A DNA stretch of 15,732 nt from a bacterium (GTDB taxonomy: Bacteria; SZUA-182; DTGQ01; JAFGSM01), in NCBI GenBank assembly GCA_049472355.1, contig JBLIRP010000085.1, positions 1 through 15,732 on the forward strand, read 5' to 3'. The translations under genes were made by a program, and so were the position numbers. Positions 9,758 to 15,732 of this stretch are shown in pieces; within the stretch, counting starts at the first letter, position 1; every line of letters begins with the position of its first letter. The notes below the pieces were generated by a model, which was given only the letters and a program-made list of their open reading frames with translations, searched no databases and was not told the DNA's origin.

Positions 9758-9847
9758 TCAGCGAGCGGAGCGAATCAGGGCGAGGTCGTTACCAATACAT
9801 ATACAATTGTTCAAGAGCTTTTCGTGAGGGGAAGGGGAGGAAGCCAT

Positions 9848-11068
9848 ATGCCAGAAAAGAAGATGTTGTTTGATTTGGAAGAGGCCATTGCCTCCGGTGC
9901 AAAGATAAAGGTGATCGGCATAGGGGGAGGCGGTGGCAACGCGGTAAACCGGATGATCAATGAAAAGGTGCAGAAGGTCGATTTTATCGTCATCAATACC
10001 GATGCCCAGGACCTCAAACGCTCCCCCGCACCGGTCAAGATCCAGATCGGGGCAAAGCTGACCAGGGGTCTCGGTGCGGGGGCGGTCCCGGAAACCGGCA
10101 GGAAGGCCGCCGAAGAGGATTATCCGCGAATCGTGGAAACGCTGGAGGGGGCGGATATGGTGTTCATTACCGCTGGCATGGGAGGGGGCACCGGCACCGG
10201 GGCATCGCCGATAGTGGCCCAGGCTGCGAGGGAGGCCGGGGCGCTGGTGGTGGCATTTGTCACGAAGCCCTTCCTGTTCGAGGGAAGGAAGCGAATGACC
10301 CATGCCGAAATGGGGATCTCGGAATTGAACTGTGAGGTTGATTCCATTGTGACCATTCCCAATCAGCGGCTTTTGACCATGGGCAATGAGAGTATCCAGC
10401 TCGATGAGGCATTCAATACGGCTGATCAGGTCCTCTGCCAGTCGGTGCGGGGCATTTCAGACCTGATCACCAATCAGGGCAAGATCAACCTGGACTTTGC
10501 CGACGTCAAAACCATCATGTCCGCCAAGGGAACAGCGCTCATGGGGACCGGCACGGCAAAAGGGGACAACAGGGCAATCAATGCGGTTCGGATGGCCATC
10601 TCCAATCCCCTCATGGAAGACACCTCCATCGAGGGTGCCACCGGCGTCCTGTTGAACATAACAGGAGGGAAGGATATCACCCTCAAGGAGATCAACGACG
10701 CGGCCTCAACCATCCATGGGGCTGTCCATGAGGATGCGACCATCATTTTCGGAATGGTTGAAGACCTGGACATGAGCGAAGAATTGAGGGTGATGGTCAT
10801 CGCCACCGGCACGGACCATGTCCTGACGCAGCAGAAATCGACCAAGGTTGTCGACTATCAGCATCTTCCGAAAAGGCCGGATCATTTGAACCTGCGGACC
10901 CAGGGGAGAAATGAGCGGGTGAGGCCCCAAACATCGGAGCCTGCCAGAACACCTCGAATATTCCAACGGGAGATGAACGCAAAGGACCTCGGTATCATCA
11001 AAGACGACGATGACAAACCGGACCCAAATTACGATGTCCCCACCTTTTTAAGGAGGCAGGTGGATTAG
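9848..11068 (+). CDS. ftsZ: Cell division GTPase FtsZ
   Basis: IKVIGIGGGGGNAVNRM, tubulin signature GMGGGTGTG, T7 loop INLDFADV and C-terminal core DVPTFLRRQ. GGGGAGG SD at 9834-9840. Confidence 0.99.
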   Translation: MPEKKMLFDLEEAIASGAKIKVIGIGGGGGNAVNRMINEKVQKVDFIVINTDAQDLKRSPAPVKIQIGAKLTRGLGAGAVPETGRKAAEEDYPRIVETLEGADMVFITAGMGGGTGTGASPIVAQAAREAGALVVAFVTKPFLFEGRKRMTHAEMGISELNCEVDSIVTIPNQRLLTMGNESIQLDEAFNTADQVLCQSVRGISDLITNQGKINLDFADVKTIMSAKGTALMGTGTAKGDNRAINAVRMAISNPLMEDTSIEGATGVLLNITGGKDITLKEINDAASTIHGAVHEDATIIFGMVEDLDMSEELRVMVIATGTDHVLTQQKSTKVVDYQHLPKRPDHLNLRTQGRNERVRPQTSEPARTPRIFQREMNAKDLGIIKDDDDKPDPNYDVPTFLRRQVD

Positions 11069-11243
11069 GCAGGAATGCGGCGATGTCATGCATATCTCCC
11101 CGTGCAGGGCGCGAAGTGGACACGGCATGCAGATCCGGACTGAAGATGAATGCATGCCCGCGGCCGGAAGTACCTTCGAATGCCCTTCGCCTGCCCGGAC
11201 ACCCCATTCATCCCTTTTACTATGGTCCATGTCATCCGAACAC

Positions 11244-11272
11244 AGGACAAATACCCGCGAAAGGCGTATAAT
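11244..11272 (+). promoter_or_regulatory. Putative sigma70 promoter for the UPF0280-ecfT unit
   Basis: AGGACA (11244-11249, 4/6 match to TTGACA), 17-bp spacer, perfect TATAAT (11267-11272), within an intergenic region. Confidence 0.6.
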
Positions 11273-11304
11273 GAAATGAAAAGGCATTGGCATGGGTTCC
11301 CGAG

Positions 11305-11345
11305 ATCATCAGGCAGGCTGAGGGTGCGCCCTCAGCCGGGATGAT
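11305..11345 (+). other. GC-rich stem-loop in the putative 5' leader
   Basis: Perfect 9-bp stem GGCTGAGGG (11316-11324)/CCCTCAGCC (11329-11337) with a TGCG loop, extended by ATCATC (11305-11310)/GATGAT (11340-11345). No U-tract follows. Function unknown. Confidence 0.7.
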
Positions 11346-11436
11346 GGGGAGTAGATCCCGGTCTCTATGCGAGCGATGATCATGCATAGGGTCACTGAAG
11401 CATCCTGTCCCGGGTGAAGCAATTCGCCTCCGTCCC

Positions 11437-12180
11437 TTGTGGCCTCCCGGGAATTATCACGGTTACTCCGGACCACGGCGGTTTCTCCAATTGACGGATC
11501 TCTCATCACTCCATATTATCTATAAACATACCGATCTGTGGATCAAGGCCGACGGAGAGCTCGACCGGTGCCATGTGGAGGGCCATCTTCGGCAGGTCTA
11601 TGATCAGATCGAGGCATATGCCGCATCGGAGGGGTCGTTTCTATCATCGCTGCATCCCCTTGATGTTCCCGAGACGGCACCCGAGGTCATCAGGCGGATG
11701 GCCCGATATGCACGGCTTGCGGGGGTCGGACCCATGGCAGGGGTCGCAGGGGCGGTGGCGGATTTTGTAGGGGAAGGATTGTCGGAAGGGCATCGCCGGA
11801 TCATCTGTAACAACGGCGGGGATATATTCTATAGGTCTCCGGAAAAACAAGGATTTTTTTTGAGTGCTCCCGGCTCCCCCTTTCACGGCAAGGTGTGCAT
11901 GTATGCTCCTCCCGCAGCAGGAAAGGGATTGTGCACCTCCTCAGGTATCGTCGGGCACTCGGTCAATATGGGGAGGGCCTATGCGGTGACGGTACTTGCC
12001 GAAAATGCGTGCCTGGCGGATGTATGGGCAACCGCAGTGAGCAATCGTATCGGGAGTCATGCGGACATGGATCGGGTGCTTGCTTGGTGCGCTCATGTGG
12101 AGGGCATCGAGGGGGTGGTGATCCTGGTGGATCACTACCTCGGGGTATGGGGTGCGATAGAGCTGAGCGGAGACCAGTAG
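11437..12180 (+). CDS. UPF0280 family protein (ApbE-like superfamily); start uncertain
   Basis: Family-like motifs KHTDLWI, VGPMAGVAGAVAD, NNGGDIF, GLCTSSG.VGHS...G.A.AVTV and LAD..ATAVSNRI. No signal peptide or lipobox seen. Only a TTG start without SD is available. Confidence 0.85.
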   Translation: MWPPGNYHGYSGPRRFLQLTDLSSLHIIYKHTDLWIKADGELDRCHVEGHLRQVYDQIEAYAASEGSFLSSLHPLDVPETAPEVIRRMARYARLAGVGPMAGVAGAVADFVGEGLSEGHRRIICNNGGDIFYRSPEKQGFFLSAPGSPFHGKVCMYAPPAAGKGLCTSSGIVGHSVNMGRAYAVTVLAENACLADVWATAVSNRIGSHADMDRVLAWCAHVEGIEGVVILVDHYLGVWGAIELSGDQ

Positions 12181-12181
12181 T

Positions 12182-12997
12182 ATGATGCGGGACATCGCCC
12201 TCGGGCGCTATATCCATCGGGATTCCTTTATCCACCGTCTCGATCCTCGGATAAAGCTGCTCTCCCTGTGCGCAATCGGTGCGGGACTGGTCCTGCTAAA
12301 GACCGGGGCATCCCTTCTCATGCTCGGGTTGCTGCTGGCGTGCATTCTCATGATCTCTCATGTGCCGGTCAAGGCATGGCTGAAGGGATTCCGCATCTTC
12401 GTCTGGTTTTTTGCCATACTCGTTTTCCTGTATGGATGGCGTGGGTATCGCGGTGCGGGGTTGACGCTGCCGATGTGGTCAAGGATACACTACGGGCTCC
12501 TTGCAGGAATGACCGCGGCAATCCGATGGCTGATCCTCATCGGATTCTGTTTCCTCCTCACCATGACCACCCCGCCCTCGGACCTGACCTGGACGTTTCA
12601 GGCACTGCTCGGGCCATTCCGCAGGATCGGGTTTCCCGTTGACGACATAGCGATCATGGCAGGGCTCTCCCTCCATTTCCTCCCCCTCCTGAAAGAGGAG
12701 GCCGACCGATTGATCATGGTGCAAAAGGCACGGGGCATCCGTTTCGATTCCGGCGGTTTCTATCAGAGGGCTCGCCGCATCATCGGACTTGTTCCGCTTC
12801 TTCTGATACGAATATTCCGGCGTTCCGAAAAGATTGCCCTGGCAATGGAGGCGAGAAGTTCTGCCGATACAGGGGGTGACGGGCGGGGCAGCGAGGGGAT
12901 CGGCACACCCATGGGGCGAAAGGATGTGTTTGCATTCGGATGCGTGCTCCTGTACCTTACCGGCGCCTGGTGTATCGAACGTTTTTTCCTTGGATAG
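12182..12997 (+). CDS. ecfT: Energy-coupling factor transporter transmembrane component T (CbiQ/EcfT family)
   Basis: N-terminal GRY...DSFIHRLDPRIKL, several TM segments, LTMTT.PSDL, FLPLL.EEA.R....QKARG and ALAMEAR. Starts 1 bp after the upstream stop, with GGAG SD at 12169-12172. Confidence 0.9.
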   Translation: MMRDIALGRYIHRDSFIHRLDPRIKLLSLCAIGAGLVLLKTGASLLMLGLLLACILMISHVPVKAWLKGFRIFVWFFAILVFLYGWRGYRGAGLTLPMWSRIHYGLLAGMTAAIRWLILIGFCFLLTMTTPPSDLTWTFQALLGPFRRIGFPVDDIAIMAGLSLHFLPLLKEEADRLIMVQKARGIRFDSGGFYQRARRIIGLVPLLLIRIFRRSEKIALAMEARSSADTGGDGRGSEGIGTPMGRKDVFAFGCVLLYLTGAWCIERFFLG

Positions 12998-13006
12998 CAA
13001 AAAGCC

Positions 13007-13075
13007 TCCCTGTATCGTTCCGTAACCATGCCTGCCGGTTATGCCGCAGCGGTACGATCGGGATTTCTGTTTTTT
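13007..13075 (+). terminator. Possible intrinsic terminator after ecfT (long imperfect hairpin plus U-rich tract)
   Basis: Pairings TCCC/GGGA, ATCGTTCCG/CGGTACGAT (one mismatch) and TAACC/GGTTA, followed by TTTCTGTTTTTT (13064-13075). An A-run lies just upstream. Confidence 0.4.
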
Positions 13076-13086
13076 GGACGGGGATG

Positions 13087-13116
13087 TTGACCGGGATGCA
13101 TGCATTCTGGTATCCT
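13087..13116 (+). promoter_or_regulatory. Putative sigma70 promoter for tyrS
   Basis: TTGACC (13087-13092), 18-bp spacer, TATCCT (13111-13116) with extended -10 TG at 13108-13109. Confidence 0.55.
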
Positions 13117-13162
13117 TATCATTCCCGATGGCGGATGGAAAACAACAACGGAAATCGAGACA

Positions 13163-14377
13163 ATGGACCATAGCATGGAACATGACCTGCGCATCCTTCT
13201 CAAGGGCGTAGAGGATGTTATTTCCAAGGACGAGCTCGAGGGAAAGCTTTCCCGTTCCCGTTCAACAGGAATTCCTCTGCGCATAAAGGCGGGTTTTGAT
13301 CCAACCGCCCCTGATCTGCACCTCGGCCATACAGTATTGATTCAAAAGATGAGGGATTTCCAGCGCCTCGGGCATGAGGTATTTTTCCTGATCGGCGATT
13401 TTACCGGGCTCATCGGTGATCCGAGCGGCAGATCGGAGACGAGAAAACCCTTGAGCCGTGAGCAGGTGATCGAGAATGCCAAGACATACGAGCGGCAGAT
13501 CTATAAGGTCCTGGACCCCGAAAAGACCAGGATCGTTTTTAACAGTCAATGGATGGAGACGATCACCAGCATGGATCTCATCCGGCTCTGCTCGAAGCAG
13601 ACCGTGGCCCGCATGCTCGAGCGGGAGGACTTCCGTACGCGGTTTACCGAACAACTCCCCATCAGCATCCATGAATTCATCTATCCGCTCATCCAGGGGT
13701 ATGATTCGGTCATGCTGAAGGCGGATGTGGAGCTGGGGGGAACCGATCAGAGATTCAACCTGCTCATGGGCCGTGAACTGCAAAGGGACTACGGACAGCC
13801 CCCCCAGGTGGTCATCATGATGCCCATCCTTGAAGGGCTCGACGGCGTTCAAAAGATGAGCAAGAGCCTCGGAAACTATGTGGGAATCGATGAATTGCCC
13901 AGCGATATCTACGGGAAGGTGATGTCGATCGATGACCGGATCATGCTGCGATACTATCGACTCCTTACCGATATGGAGCCTGCCGAGGTCGATGCATTGA
14001 GCAGCCGGATCGCCGAAGGGGCAGCCGATCCGAAGGAGGCGAAAAAAAGGCTCGCCTTCACCCTGGTGGAGCGATTCCATGGTCCTGACAAGGCGCGGGA
14101 GGCACAGGAGCGGTTTGAACAGGTCCATGAAAAGAGAGGAATCCCGGATGACATACCCACATTCTGCCCCCCGGTAAGGGAGCAGGTCTGGCTGGTGAGA
14201 TTTCTGGTGGACCGAGGGCTTGTTCAATCGAGCAGCCAGGCAAGGAGGATGATCAAACAGGGGGGGGTGAGCATCGACGGGGAGCGGGTGACGGATGAGG
14301 ATTTCGCGCTTGACCTTTCACACCCGTGCATTATAAAGGTAGGGAAAAGGGGCTTCCTGAGGGTGGAGCCGAAATAG
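13163..14377 (+). CDS. tyrS: Tyrosine--tRNA ligase
   Basis: [13 protein letters not shown] (HIGH motif), [28 protein letters not shown] and a C-terminal S4-like domain ([18 protein letters not shown]). Start is ATG 13163 or 13175; ATG 13100 lies inside the predicted promoter. Confidence 0.98.
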   Translation: MDHSMEHDLRILLKGVEDVISKDELEGKLSRSRSTGIPLRIKAGFDPTAPDLHLGHTVLIQKMRDFQRLGHEVFFLIGDFTGLIGDPSGRSETRKPLSREQVIENAKTYERQIYKVLDPEKTRIVFNSQWMETITSMDLIRLCSKQTVARMLEREDFRTRFTEQLPISIHEFIYPLIQGYDSVMLKADVELGGTDQRFNLLMGRELQRDYGQPPQVVIMMPILEGLDGVQKMSKSLGNYVGIDELPSDIYGKVMSIDDRIMLRYYRLLTDMEPAEVDALSSRIAEGAADPKEAKKRLAFTLVERFHGPDKAREAQERFEQVHEKRGIPDDIPTFCPPVREQVWLVRFLVDRGLVQSSSQARRMIKQGGVSIDGERVTDEDFALDLSHPCIIKVGKRGFLRVEPK

Positions 14378-14385
14378 CCCCTTTT
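14345..14385 (+). terminator. Inverted repeat spanning the tyrS stop codon, possible terminator
   Basis: Perfect 10-bp IR AAAAGGGGCT (14345-14354)/AGCCCCTTTT (14376-14385). The loop is large (21 nt) and the U-tract short. Confidence 0.4.
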
Positions 14386-14410
14386 GCATATAAGATTCAG
14401 AATAATTATC

Positions 14411-14461
14411 AAAAAAAAGAAAATCAAGGTGCTTGACAAGCTAAATACATTATTGTATAGT
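14411..14461 (+). promoter_or_regulatory. rRNA operon promoter P1 with UP-element-like A-tract
   Basis: A-rich tract 14411-14423, TTGACA (14433-14438), 17-bp spacer, TATAGT (14456-14461). Confidence 0.85.
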
Positions 14462-14490
14462 TAGCATTCTCGAAACGGAGAATGTGACAT

Positions 14491-14519
14491 TTGACAAAAT
14501 GACATACTGATGATATAAA
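14491..14519 (+). promoter_or_regulatory. rRNA operon promoter P2
   Basis: TTGACA (14491-14496), 17-bp spacer, TATAAA (14514-14519) with extended -10 TG at 14511-14512. Confidence 0.8.
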
Positions 14520-14541
14520 TAGTATTTGTAATGGACTAGTA

Positions 14542-14554
14542 CGCTCTTTGATAA
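14542..14554 (+). promoter_or_regulatory. rrn leader boxA antitermination element
   Basis: CGCTCTTTGATAA resembles the boxA consensus (TGCTCTTTAACA in E. coli) and lies between P2 and the 16S gene. Confidence 0.8.
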
Positions 14555-14595
14555 ATGAATCGCGGGTATCACCTTCAGTCAATTTTTGAGCTTTA

Positions 14596-15732
<1,137 letters not shown>

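Noticed and set aside
11276..11344. 22-aa leaderless peptide MKRHWHGFPRSSGRLRVRPQPG
   Set aside because: The ATG is only 3 nt after the -10 box, so it probably precedes the transcription start. No attenuator-type codon run.
11345..11440. GGGGAGTAG resembling the start of the yybP-ykoY manganese riboswitch
   Set aside because: The downstream conserved elements (the ACAUAC/UCAAUC-type loop and the GAGACC closing segment) were not found.
12998..13162. T-box riboswitch upstream of tyrS
   Set aside because: No GGTGGNACC T-box motif. The leader after the predicted promoter is only ~40 nt, and the hairpin plus U-tract lies upstream of that promoter.
13262..14227. 321-aa antisense ORF over tyrS, and similar long minus-strand ORFs over murD, murC, murB and ddl
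   Set aside because: Fully overlap well-supported conserved genes and show no domain signatures.

Overview
All supported genes are on the + strand. The window holds the 3' part of a bacterial division/cell-wall (dcw) cluster (mraY partial, murD, ftsW, murG, murC, murB, ddl, ftsQ, ftsA, ftsZ), a ~370-bp structured intergenic region with a sigma70-type promoter, a two-gene unit (UPF0280/ApbE-like protein plus a lone ECF transporter T component), tyrS with its own promoter, tandem rRNA promoters with boxA, and the first ~1.14 kb of a 16S rRNA gene that looks Desulfobacterota/deltaproteobacteria-like. It is mostly core housekeeping DNA, with no mobile element, CRISPR array or defence system visible. 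The most notable observations are: (i) a perfect 10-bp tandem duplication at the murB/ddl junction, where loss of one copy would give an in-frame MurB-Ddl fusion; (ii) the ApbE-like + EcfT pair behind a structured leader, with no clean start codon; (iii) a cluster of uncompensated helix mismatches in the 16S central domain, suggesting a mosaic or chimeric rRNA sequence. All structures were found by eye and none were computed.
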